Below are positions 9,928-19,537 of a DNA stretch of 64,000 nucleotides, piece after piece. Source of the stretch: an uncultured delta proteobacterium (GTDB lineage Bacteria; Desulfobacterota; Binatia; Binatales; Binataceae); contig CAVXXK010000003.1 of the NCBI GenBank assembly GCA_963765675.1, positions 128,001-192,000 on the forward strand, read 5' to 3'. Below the pieces are notes generated by a model. That model was given only the letters and a program-made list of their open reading frames with translations. It did not search any database and was not told the DNA's origin. The position numbers were made by a program, and so were the translations under genes. Each line of letters opens with the position of its first letter. The stretch's first letter is position 1.

Positions 9928-11700
9928 TCAGCAGGCGCCGCAGACGTCGCAGCGGGTGACGTCGCACGGCGGAGTCTGATGCTCGAAGTGCGCCTTCTTG
10001 CGCTCGGAGAGCAGGAACCACTTGTGAATGTGATGGTCGATAAAATCCCACGGCAGGATTTCGTCGTGGGTGAAATGGCGAGTCACATAGAAATCGGGAT
10101 TGGGGCTCTTGGTCCATTCGCCGTCGTCGGCCTCGCGGCGAATTTCCGCGAGCTCGCGCCAGATCGGTCCGGGCGCGTCGCATCCCGCCGCGTCGAGGCG
10201 TTCGAGGATCGCGCCAACACGGCGGTCGCCGCGCGAGACGAGAGTCTGGAAGTACGCTTCGCGCGGGGATTCGGAGTCGAGCTCGATCGTACCGAACTTT
10301 TCCGCACCGAGCTTTCCGAGCGCGCTTCGCAACAGCGCGATCTTGCGCTTGGTCGCGCGCGGATCCTCCATCGGATCCCACTGAAACGGCGTCCATGGCT
10401 TGGGGACGAAGGGATTGAGCGAGACCGTCACGCGGCCGACATGCTGGCGGCGCGCGCGCGCCTGCTCGAGGATTTTTCCGGTCAGATGCGCGATTCCCAG
10501 GACGTCATGATCCTGCTCCTCGGGCAGGCCGAGCATGAAATAGAGCTTCAGGTTCTCGACCCCCTCGCCCATCATCATCGCGGCGGCCTCGAGAATTTCC
10601 TTTTCGCTGAGATTCTTGTTGATCACTTTGCGCATCCGCTCGCTGCCGGCCTCGGGCGCGATCGTGACGCTGCGATTTCCGGCCTGCGAGAGCGCCGAGG
10701 CGAGTTTCGGCGAGATACAATCGGCCTTGAGCGAGGACGGCGATAGCCGCCCGCCCGCGTCGGCGACAGTCTGCGCGATTTCGGCGACGCCCGGCACCGA
10801 CGCCATCTCGGCTCCGACCAGCCCGATCACCCGGCGCTCGGTGAGTCCGCGCTTTGCCTCCGTGATGAGATTATCCGGCGACCTATAGCGGATTGGCCGG
10901 TACATGAAACCCGCGGCGCAGAAGCGGCATCCCCATTGGCATCCGCGGCTCGCCTCGACCAGATACATGTCGCCGAACACGGACTCTTCGGTGAGAATCA
11001 GAGACGCGGTGGTGAACTGATTGAGGTTATTTACGAGCCTGCGCTGGACCGCGGGCTTGCCTGGTCCGGTGTAGTTAACCGCCGAAAGGCATCCGCGTTC
11101 GTCGTAAACCGGACGATAGTAATCAGGGCGGTACGCGCCCTCGACTTGTGCGAGATCGTCGAGGCGCGCGGGGTTTTCACGCGAGGCGAGGAAGCACTGG
11201 ATAAACTCGGGCACCATCTGCTCGCCCTCGCCGATCAGAAACAGATCGACGAAATCGGCGATCGGCTCGGGATTAAGAAAGATCGCGGAGCCGCCGGCGA
11301 TCACGAGGGGAAAGTTGCGGCCCGCACGATCGGCGCGGCGTGTCGGAATGCCCGCCGAGCGCAAAATCGCGAGCAGGTTCAGATAATCGGTTTCAAACGG
11401 GATCGAAAACGCCAGGATATCAAAATCAGACAGCGGACGGCCGCGCTCGAACGAGAGAATTCGCGCGGCGCCCGACGCGATCGCGGGACGCTCGTCGGGG
11501 TCGGGCAGGAAGCCGCGCTCGGCGTCGACGGAAGGATTCGAATCGAAGATATGAAAGACGGCCTGGAAGCCGAGATTAGCCATCGCGACCGGATAGACGT
11601 TCGGGTAAACCACGCACACCGAAACCTCTCCGCCCGGATGGCGCTGGTAGAGCGTCTTTTCCCGGGCGAGGCGATCGAGCGCGCGCTTACGCGCAAACAT
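9928..11700 (-). CDS. Radical SAM protein (TIGR03960/YgiQ-like)
   Basis: YPNVY..MANLGFQ, NPEP.ADF.D, RGCQWGCRFC, APEAGSERMR, C-terminal C..CDVCGAC. Confidence 0.88.
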   Translation of the reverse strand: MFARKRALDRLAREKTLYQRHPGGEVSVCVVYPNVYPVAMANLGFQAVFHIFDSNPSVDAERGFLPDPDERPAIASGAARILSFERGRPLSDFDILAFSIPFETDYLNLLAILRSAGIPTRRADRAGRNFPLVIAGGSAIFLNPEPIADFVDLFLIGEGEQMVPEFIQCFLASRENPARLDDLAQVEGAYRPDYYRPVYDERGCLSAVNYTGPGKPAVQRRLVNNLNQFTTASLILTEESVFGDMYLVEASRGCQWGCRFCAAGFMYRPIRYRSPDNLITEAKRGLTERRVIGLVGAEMASVPGVAEIAQTVADAGGRLSPSSLKADCISPKLASALSQAGNRSVTIAPEAGSERMRKVINKNLSEKEILEAAAMMMGEGVENLKLYFMLGLPEEQDHDVLGIAHLTGKILEQARARRQHVGRVTVSLNPFVPKPWTPFQWDPMEDPRATKRKIALLRSALGKLGAEKFGTIELDSESPREAYFQTLVSRGDRRVGAILERLDAAGCDAPGPIWRELAEIRREADDGEWTKSPNPDFYVTRHFTHDEILPWDFIDHHIHKWFLLSERKKAHFEHQTPPCDVTRCDVCGAC

Positions 11701-11782
11701 CGGGCGGCACCTGCATGACCAATCAGCTTAAGCACCGGCACGAGCGCCGCTCAAGGGGCGGACTCTGCGGATTATTTAGAGG

Positions 11783-12187
11783 TTACGGAACGATATCGAA
11801 GCGGCCGAGGCGGTAGGGGCGATAGATCTCGAAATCGCGGCGATCGACGGTGAAGATGCGCCGGATACGCTCGCGCTCGGCGACGCGGACGAGCGCGGCG
11901 TCGGCGAGGTCCATCGGGAGGTCGCGATACTTGCGCATAAGCTCGCGTATTCGAGGTACGTCATCGGCGGTCAGTGGTGACATACCGACGCGGTCACTTT
12001 CGAGCCAGCCCAATAGTGTTTCGCAAGCGGTAATCGACTTCCTCAGCAAGTACATGGCTTCGGTAATCACCGGCCATACGGTTATGAGGCGGTCGTTGAT
12101 GAGCACGGCCGCGTCGCGGCATTTGCTATGCCATGGATCACTTCGGTCGACTAGTGCGACGAGCGGTCCGGTGTCGACGAGAATCAC
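11783..12187 (-). CDS. vapC: PIN-domain toxin VapC
   Basis: ILVDTGPLVAL, V.TEA.YLL, MDLADAALV, IFTVD.RDF. Confidence 0.9.
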   Translation of the reverse strand: MILVDTGPLVALVDRSDPWHSKCRDAAVLINDRLITVWPVITEAMYLLRKSITACETLLGWLESDRVGMSPLTADDVPRIRELMRKYRDLPMDLADAALVRVAERERIRRIFTVDRRDFEIYRPYRLGRFDIVP

Positions 12188-12446
12188 GGCGTTTTCGATC
12201 CTCCACCAGCATCTTGTAGAAGGTGTCGCCGGTTCGCTCGGAGAGATTCATTCCGCCGCTGTCCCAGCATCCGATTCCGTCTTTGAGCAGATCGTAGGCG
12301 CTGAGTTTAGATTTTCCGCCGGCACGAGCATGCGCGCCGCGCACCAGCTCTCGAACTGTCTCGGACTTGCTCGAGCCGTTCTGGCGCGCGAGACGCGCGA
12401 CGAGCGCGTCGTCTTCCGCGCTCAGCCTGACAGTTAAGGTACCCAC
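12138..12446 (-). CDS. vapB: CopG/RHH antitoxin
   Basis: GTG start with AGGAGA RBS; TLTVRL..L.RLARQ.G.SKSE.VRE; overlaps the PIN gene. Confidence 0.75.
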   Translation of the reverse strand: MGTLTVRLSAEDDALVARLARQNGSSKSETVRELVRGAHARAGGKSKLSAYDLLKDGIGCWDSGGMNLSERTGDTFYKMLVEDRKRRDSRRHRTARRTSRPK

Positions 12447-12458
12447 TGCGATATCTCC

Positions 12459-12478
12459 TGTAATACGCAGTGTAATAC
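12459..12478 (-). promoter_or_regulatory. Direct repeats, likely antitoxin operator
   Basis: TGTAATAC-GCAG-TGTAATAC immediately upstream of the antitoxin RBS. Confidence 0.6.
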
Positions 12479-12502
12479 AAAACCGAAGCAGAAGCCAGCC
12501 AT

Positions 12503-13351
12503 TCAGGCGACAATCCGCTCGGGATGGGTGTAGATGTTGAAGCTGCCGTCGCGGAGGAAGCCGATTACGGTGGTGCCGGCTTCTTGCGCGAGCTCGACCG
12601 CCAGCGACGACGGCGCGGAGACCGCGGCGAGAATCGGGACGCCGGCGGCGGCGGCCTTCTGCACCAGCTCGAATGAGAGCCGCCCGCTCACCATCAGTAT
12701 ATTGCCGCTCAGCGGGACCATTCCGGACGCGAGCGCCCATCCGACGATCTTGTCCACCGCATTGTGGCGGCCCACGTCTTCCCGCAGCGCCGCGATCTTT
12801 CCCGAGAGATCGAATAGCGCGGCGGCGTGGAGGCCGCCGGTGGCGGCGAAGATTTTCTGCTCGGAGCGCATCGCGGCCGCGAGGCTCAAGATCGTCTCAG
12901 GATTCACTCGGACCTCGCCTTCGGGAGGGGTGATTCGGCGTGTTATCGACTCGATACTGGTCTTGCCGCAGATTCCGCAACTCGAGCTGATCGCGAAGTT
13001 GCGTTTCAGACGATCGCGCAGCGCCACGGCAGGAACCTCGAGCACCACGTCTAATATGTTGGGTTCGGGTTTGCCGTCAGGTCCGCGGACGCGGCGAATC
13101 TCGCCGAGCTCGTGCGCGCAGGCGACGAAGCCTTCGGCGAAAAGAAATCCTGCGACCAGCTCGTCGTCATTGCCGGGCGTGCGCATCGTGAGCGTGAAGC
13201 GGCGGCCCGCCAAACGAATTTCGAGCGGCTCTTCCGCGGCCAGGCATTCCTCGCTCTGGGCCGCGCGTCCGCCGGACCACTTGAGCGCATGCACGCGCGC
13301 GGTGCGGCTGTCATCGATGTGGTTTTTCACCACCGGTATCCGCCGCACCAT
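12503..13351 (-). CDS. fdhD: Formate dehydrogenase accessory sulfurtransferase FdhD/FdsC
   Basis: EEPLEI, MRTPG, SSCGICG, TGGLHAAA, EDVGRHNAVDK; start uncertain. Confidence 0.92.
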   Translation of the reverse strand: MVRRIPVVKNHIDDSRTARVHALKWSGGRAAQSEECLAAEEPLEIRLAGRRFTLTMRTPGNDDELVAGFLFAEGFVACAHELGEIRRVRGPDGKPEPNILDVVLEVPAVALRDRLKRNFAISSSCGICGKTSIESITRRITPPEGEVRVNPETILSLAAAMRSEQKIFAATGGLHAAALFDLSGKIAALREDVGRHNAVDKIVGWALASGMVPLSGNILMVSGRLSFELVQKAAAAGVPILAAVSAPSSLAVELAQEAGTTVIGFLRDGSFNIYTHPERIVA

Positions 13352-13574
13352 GCGAAGGCTCTTGGCGCGCGAGCGCCGTAATGGCATCACGCGCGATGTC
13401 ACTTAACCCGGTTCCATCTGCCGCCAGGTACTCGATAATCTGCCGGCGCATCACCGGCGCCCAGCGGGTGCGCAGATGGTGAGCGACGTCCGCGACCGCT
13501 CGCGCGCGATCGGGGTACGCCTCGAAGAATGCCCCGATGTCGTTCGCCATTCTGACCAGACGCCGGATGTCCAC
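13311..13574 (-). CDS. fdsD: Formate dehydrogenase delta subunit
   Basis: LVRMANDIGAFF..HL...W.P.MRRQI. Confidence 0.9.
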   Translation of the reverse strand: MDIRRLVRMANDIGAFFEAYPDRARAVADVAHHLRTRWAPVMRRQIIEYLAADGTGLSDIARDAITALARQEPSHGAADTGGEKPHR

Positions 13575-13579
13575 GATTC

Positions 13580-16393
13580 CTACTCGGCGGCGTTCGACGG
13601 ATTTGGTTCGCGCTCGTAGTCCTCGAGCCGGGCTACGGGCAGAACTTCAACCGCGGTTACCTTGTACTCCGGGCAACCTGTGGCCCAATCCTGGAGTTCG
13701 GTGGTGAGCAGATTCGTCTGGGACTCCGGATGATGAAACGTCGTGTATACAACTCCGGGCTGCATTCGCTCGGACAATTGCGCGCGAAGCCGGGTCACCC
13801 CCTTGCGCGAGCGCACGTTGACCCACGCGCCCTCGCGGATTCCGCGCTGCGCGGCGTCATGCGGATGAATTTCGAGCAGGTCCTCGGCGTGGAGAGAAGC
13901 GTTCTCGGTGCGGCGGGTCTGAGAGCCGACGTTGTATTGGGTGAGGATGCGGCCGGTCGTCAGGATCAGCGGAAAGCGCGCCGAGGTGCGCTCTTGGGTG
14001 GGGATGTACGCTGTCACGGTGAACTTGCCGAGACCGCGCACGAAGCGGCCGACGTGCATGGTCGGAGTGCCTTCGGGCGCGGCGTCGTTGCACGGCCATT
14101 GCACGCCGCCCAGGCGTTCGAGCTTCTCGTAGCTGACGCCGGAAAAAGTCGGAGTAAGCCGCGCGATCTCGTCCATGATTTCCGACGGATGCGAATACTC
14201 CATCGGATAGCCGAGCGCGGCCGAGAGCAGGCAGGTGACCTGCCAGTCCTGGTAGCCGGCCAGCGGCTCCATCACCTTGCGCACGCGCGAGACTCGGCGC
14301 TCGCTGTTGGTGAAGGTGCCGTCCTTTTCGAGGAATGACGATCCGGGCAGGATCACGTGCGCGTACTTCGAAGTCTCGTTCAGGAAGATGTCTTGCAGTA
14401 CCACGCACTCCATCTCTTTGAGCGCTTTGATCACATGCGCCGAGTCGGGCTCGGATTGGACCGGATCCTCGCCCTGGACATAGAGGCCCTTAAAACTGCC
14501 GTCGAGCGCGGCGTCCATCATGTTTGGAATTCTGAACCCGGGTTCGGAGTCGATGGTCACTCCCCAATCGCGCTCGAACATTCCGCGTACAACATCGTCG
14601 TCGATATCGCGATAACCCGGCAGCTCGCGCGGAAACGATCCCATATCGCACGAGCCCTGCACGTTGTTCTGGCCGCGAAGCGGATTGACGCCGACGCCGG
14701 GCCGCCCGATATTTCCGGTGGCCATCGCAAGGTTGGCCAATCCCAGCACCATCGTGGTTCCCTGGCTGTGCTCGGTCACGCCGAGACCGTAATAGATCGC
14801 GGCATTCGGGACCGACGCATACAGGCGCGCCGCGGCGCGCAACTCGGCGGCGGGGACGCCGGTTATCGGCTCGACCGCCTCGGGCGAGTTGCGCGGCTCG
14901 AGGATAAACTTGCGCCAGATTTCGAATTCCTTCTGATCGCATCGCTTCGCGACGAAATCCAAATCGGCCAGGCCTTCGGCCATCACGGTCTGCGCCATCG
15001 CATTGATCAGCGCGACGTTGGCGCCGGGCCTGATCTTCAGATGATACGACGCGGCGACGTGCGGAAGTTTGACGATCTCGGTCTGGCGCGGATCGATCAC
15101 GATCAGCTTGGCGCCCTCGCGAATCCGCCGTTTGAGCGCGGAGCCGAAGACCGGGTGGCCCTCGGTGGGATTGGCGCCGATAATCATGATCACGTCGGCT
15201 TTGCGGACCGAATCGAAATCCTGGGTGGTGGCGCTCGTGCCGAATGCGGTCTTGAGGCCGTAGCCGGTCGGCGAGTGGCAGACGCGCGCGCAGGTATCGA
15301 CGTTGTTGTTGCCGAAGGCGGCGCGCACCATCTTCTGCACCAGGTAGGTTTCTTCGTTGGTGCATCGCGAGGACGTGATCCCGCCGATAGATTCCCGTCC
15401 GTAGCGGCTCTGGATTCGCCGCAGCTCGCGGGCCGCATACGCGATCGCTTCGTCCCATGAGACCTCACGCCACGGGTCTTCGATTCGCGCGCGAATCATC
15501 GGGCGCTTGACGCGATCCGGATGGGTCGCGTAGCCCCACGCGAAGCGCCCCTTGACGCAGGCGTGGCCGTGATTGGAAGCGCCGTTTAGATTCGGCACCA
15601 TCCGCACGACCGACTCGCCCTTCATCTCCGCCTTGAAGGAGCATCCGACGCCGCAGTATCCGCAGGTGGTGACGACGCTGCGCTCGGCCTGGCCCATCGC
15701 GATAACCGAGTTCTCGGTCAGTGCCGCGGTCGGACATGACTGCACGCACGCGCCGCACGACACGCATTCTGACGCGCCGAACGGCTCGTTTTCGCTGGCC
15801 ACGACGACGGACCCGAAACCGCGGCCGTCGATCGTCAGCGCAAAGGTGCCCTGCACTTCCTCGCACGCGCGAACGCATCGCGAGCACACGATGCATCGCG
15901 AGGGATCAAACGTGAAGAACGCGTCTGACTGATCCTTCGGAGCGTCCAGATGATTTTCGCCCTGGTAGCCGTAGCGGACTTCGCGCAATCCGACGACGCC
16001 CGCCATCTCCTGCAACTCGCAGTTGCCGTTGGCCGGACAGGTCAGGCAATCGAGCGGATGGTCGGAGATGTACAGCTCCATCACGCCGCGCCTAAGCTTG
16101 GCGAGCGCTTCGGTTTCGGTCCGAATCGACATCGCCTCGCGCACCGGCGTCGTGCACGAGGCAGGGTAGCCGCGCATCCCGTCAATCTCGACCAGGCACA
16201 ACCGACACGAGCCGAAAGCCTCGAGCGAATCGGTCGCGCAGAGCTTGGGAATCTTCTGGCCCGCGAGCGCGGCCGCGCGCATCACGCTGGTGCCGGCGGG
16301 AACAGTGATCGGCATGCCGTCGATCGTCACCGTCACAGCAGGCGATCCCGCGCGGGGAGGCGTTCCGAGATCAGTGTCGCTGCGCGATCGCAT
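13580..16393 (-). CDS. fdsA: NAD-dependent formate dehydrogenase alpha subunit (Mo-bisPGD, Cys ligand)
   Basis: IPKLCATDSL, CIVCSRCV, CVSCGAC, CGYCGVGC, CARVCH, RGQNNVQG. Confidence 0.95.
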   Translation of the reverse strand: MRSRSDTDLGTPPRAGSPAVTVTIDGMPITVPAGTSVMRAAALAGQKIPKLCATDSLEAFGSCRLCLVEIDGMRGYPASCTTPVREAMSIRTETEALAKLRRGVMELYISDHPLDCLTCPANGNCELQEMAGVVGLREVRYGYQGENHLDAPKDQSDAFFTFDPSRCIVCSRCVRACEEVQGTFALTIDGRGFGSVVVASENEPFGASECVSCGACVQSCPTAALTENSVIAMGQAERSVVTTCGYCGVGCSFKAEMKGESVVRMVPNLNGASNHGHACVKGRFAWGYATHPDRVKRPMIRARIEDPWREVSWDEAIAYAARELRRIQSRYGRESIGGITSSRCTNEETYLVQKMVRAAFGNNNVDTCARVCHSPTGYGLKTAFGTSATTQDFDSVRKADVIMIIGANPTEGHPVFGSALKRRIREGAKLIVIDPRQTEIVKLPHVAASYHLKIRPGANVALINAMAQTVMAEGLADLDFVAKRCDQKEFEIWRKFILEPRNSPEAVEPITGVPAAELRAAARLYASVPNAAIYYGLGVTEHSQGTTMVLGLANLAMATGNIGRPGVGVNPLRGQNNVQGSCDMGSFPRELPGYRDIDDDVVRGMFERDWGVTIDSEPGFRIPNMMDAALDGSFKGLYVQGEDPVQSEPDSAHVIKALKEMECVVLQDIFLNETSKYAHVILPGSSFLEKDGTFTNSERRVSRVRKVMEPLAGYQDWQVTCLLSAALGYPMEYSHPSEIMDEIARLTPTFSGVSYEKLERLGGVQWPCNDAAPEGTPTMHVGRFVRGLGKFTVTAYIPTQERTSARFPLILTTGRILTQYNVGSQTRRTENASLHAEDLLEIHPHDAAQRGIREGAWVNVRSRKGVTRLRAQLSERMQPGVVYTTFHHPESQTNLLTTELQDWATGCPEYKVTAVEVLPVARLEDYEREPNPSNAAE

Positions 16394-16425
16394 CGCGTTT
16401 CAACCTTCTTGTGATCCTGCGATCT

Positions 16426-17986
16426 TCATTTTAAGTCCGCGACCTCATCCGGGCTGAAACCAAAGTCTCCCGGGAAGTGGCGCACGGCGCTGAGCACCGG
16501 CAGCGGCGCGAGGCCTCCGAGCGCGCACAACGACCCGTTAGTCATCGTATCGCAAAGATCGCGCAGCAGCATCAGGTTCGCGCGCGCGTCGCGGCGGGCG
16601 ATAATCTTATCGATCACCTCGACCCCGCGGACCGATCCGATCCGGCAGGGAGTGCATTTGCCGCAGGATTCGAGCGCACAGAACTCCATCGCGAACCGCG
16701 CCATCCGGGCCATATCGACGGTGTCGTCAAAAACCACGATACCGCCGTGCCCGAGAATTCCACCCGCGCGCTGCATCGTCTCGTAATCGAGCGGCATGTC
16801 GAGCGCGGAAGCAGAAAGATAAGCGCCGAGCGGTCCGCCAATCTGGATCGCGCGAATCGGCCTGCCGCTGGCTGTTCCCTCGCCTATCCCGACGACGAGC
16901 TCGCGCAGCGTCGCGCCAAGCGGCAACTCGACCAGACCCGGACGCTTCACATTACCCGCGAGTTGGAACGGCAACGTGCCTGGCGACGACGCGGTTCCGA
17001 GCGCGCGATAAAAATCCGCGCCGCGTTCGATAATCGCCGGCACGCTCGCGAGCGTCACGACGTTATGCACTAGCGTGGGCTTGCCGAAGAGTCCGCTGAT
17101 CGCGGGGACGGGAGGCTTTTGCCGCACCATTCCGCGCCGCCCTTCGATACTTTCGAGCATCGCGGTCTCCTCGCCACAGACGTAAGAGCCCGCACCGACG
17201 CGAACTTCGAGATCGAAATCATGGCCGCGCACCCAAAGCGCCGCGACCCAGGAATCCGCGCGCACGCGCCGCCGCGATCGCGGCGTTCACGGTACGGCAG
17301 GCGTCAGGATATTCAGAGCGGATGTAGATATAGCCATACGAGGCGCCGGTCGCCGCCGCGGAAATCGCCATCGCCTCGATAAGCGCGAACGGGTCTCCTT
17401 CGAGGATCATGCGATCGGCGAAGGTTCCGGAGTCGCCTTCGTCGGCGTTGCAGACGATATATTTGCGATCCGCCGTCGCGCCTCGCGCAGTCTCCCACTT
17501 GATCCCGGCGGGAAAACCGGCGCCGCCACGGCCGCGCAATCCGGAGGCTTTGATCGCTTCGACGATCCGCGCGGGACCCATCTCGAGCGCGTGAGCAAGC
17601 GCGCGGAAGCCGCCGTGAGCGAGGTAATCGTCGATTGAGGACGGATCGATAATCCCGGCGCGCGCAAAGGTGAGCCGGTTCTGCCCCGCGAGAAATGGGA
17701 TCTGATCCGCGAGTCCAAGGCGCAGGCGATGCGCTCCGCCTTCGAGGATTCCTGCGTCGAACAGCTCGGGTACGTCGGCGGCGGTGACTGGGCCATACGC
17801 GATTCGCCCGGCGGGAGTTGCCGCTTCGACCATCGGCTCGAACGCGTACGCGCCGCGCGACCCGTTGCGGACGATCGTAATCGCCAGAGCGCGGCGCTCG
17901 GCTTCTTGCGCGATTGCGCGCGCGACCGCCTCCGCGCCAACGGAAATCGCGCCGGAATCGCACGGGACAAAAATCTTTACGCTCAC
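16426..17986 (-). pseudogene. fdsB: Formate dehydrogenase beta (NuoF-like) subunit, split by a frameshift near 17230
   Basis: SGLRGRGGAGFP and NADEGD in 17219-17986; GAGSYVCGEET and ESCGKCTPCR in 16426-17265 in another frame. Confidence 0.88.
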
Positions 17987-18474
17987 GTTTCTTTCCTGAG
18001 CCGCGCCATCGCTGCGTCGAACTTAAGCGGCGTCGCGCGGCCCTGCAGCTCTCCGTCAATCGCGAGCGCCGGAGAGCAGGCGCAGTTGCCGAAGCAATAG
18101 ACCGCCTCGAAGGTGAACTCGCCGCTGTCGCTGGTCTGGCCGACTCTGGCGCCGATTGCGCGCGAAATATGATCCTCGAGCGCCGCGGAGCCCATCGCCT
18201 GGCATGATTCCGCGCGGCAGATGCGAATCACATGACGGCCCGGCGGCGCGGTGCGGAAGTCATGGTAGAAGCTCACCACGCCATGAACTTCGGCGCGGGA
18301 CAGATTCAGACCCGCCGCGATCAATGCTACCGCCTGACGCGGAATATAGCCGAAGCGGTGATTCACCTCGTGCAGAATCGGGAGCAGCGCTCCGGGCAAG
18401 TCGCGGCGCGCCGCGATGATCTCGTCAACGACGGCGGGATCGAAATCGGCCGGTGAAGATGAAAGCTTCTGCAT
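17983..18474 (-). CDS. fdsG: Formate dehydrogenase gamma (NuoE-like) subunit
   Basis: GALLPILH, LSRAEVHGVVSFYHDF, CRAESC, YCFGNCACSP. Confidence 0.92.
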   Translation of the reverse strand: MQKLSSSPADFDPAVVDEIIAARRDLPGALLPILHEVNHRFGYIPRQAVALIAAGLNLSRAEVHGVVSFYHDFRTAPPGRHVIRICRAESCQAMGSAALEDHISRAIGARVGQTSDSGEFTFEAVYCFGNCACSPALAIDGELQGRATPLKFDAAMARLRKET

Positions 18475-18539
18475 GGCACGCGGGCGGCGCGGAGCACCCG
18501 AAATCCAATTAACACGCCGGCGCGATAATTTGTACCGGC

Positions 18540-19343
18540 TTACCGCCGCGCAAAGTGATCCAGAAGCGCACGGCCCGCGCCCAGCCGAAATCGGCCCTTG
18601 AGCGCCGCGGTCACGTAGCGTTTGGCCGCGCGGACCGCCGCCTCGAGGTTCGTCCCGCGCGCCAGAGAGGCCGCGATCGCCGCCGAGAAAGCGCATCCCG
18701 TGCCGTGCGCTCCGCCGCCAGCAACACGCGCGGCACGCAGCTCGACGTAGCGATGGCCGTCGTACAGCAGATCGACGGACTCATCGCGCTGCGGCCGATG
18801 ACCTCCCTTGATTACGACCGCCCGCGCGCCCATCGCGACGATCTCCCGCGCGGCAGCGCGGACTGCCGCCGCGCTGTCGATCGTCAAACCGGTCAGCGCC
18901 TCGGCTTCGGCGATATTTGGAGTGATCACGCGGGCTAGCGGGACCAGATAACGACGCAGCGCGCGCTCGCCTGCGCGATCGAGCAGTCGCGCTCCGGCGC
19001 TCGAGACCATCACCGGATCGACCACAGGAGCGGGCAGCCGTAGCTCGCCGATCGCGCGCGCGACGGCGCGGACAATCGCCGCGTTTGCGAGCGCGCCGGT
19101 CTTGAGCGCGTCGGGCATTTTTTCCGCCGCGACGGCTTGGATCTGCGCGGCAACTATCGCGGGAGTAACAGACTGGATTCGCCCGACCGTCGAGCTGTTC
19201 TGCGCGATCACGGCGGTGACCGCGGAGTATCCGTAAACTCCTAACGCCGCGAAAACTTTCAGGTCGGCCTGGATTCCGGCGCCGCCGCCCGGATCGCTGC
19301 CCGCGATCGTCAGCGCGATTTGTCGTCCTGGTCGAGAAGGCAT
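18540..19343 (-). CDS. thiD: HMP/HMP-P kinase
   Basis: LTIAGSDPGGGAGIQADLK, VVDPVM, TPN..EA, HGTGC. Confidence 0.93.
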   Translation of the reverse strand: MPSRPGRQIALTIAGSDPGGGAGIQADLKVFAALGVYGYSAVTAVIAQNSSTVGRIQSVTPAIVAAQIQAVAAEKMPDALKTGALANAAIVRAVARAIGELRLPAPVVDPVMVSSAGARLLDRAGERALRRYLVPLARVITPNIAEAEALTGLTIDSAAAVRAAAREIVAMGARAVVIKGGHRPQRDESVDLLYDGHRYVELRAARVAGGGAHGTGCAFSAAIAASLARGTNLEAAVRAAKRYVTAALKGRFRLGAGRALLDHFARR

Positions 19344-19537
19344 CGGCGATGAATGACTTTAAGTTTTTCGAGCGGCTCGGCGGCGTCTGGAGGCGACTTA
19401 CAAACGATCACACTATAGCAGATTCGCAAACCGCGCGCGCCGGGTGGGGTGGATTGCTTGACGATCGAACCCAAGGGTATTTTGCCGGTCAGATCGTTAT
19501 CGTGCGCGACCGCTATGTCGCCAGACCGGCGATCGCT

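Noticed and set aside
11783-12446. Anti-phage defence island around vapBC
   Set aside because: A solitary type II toxin-antitoxin pair among metabolic genes
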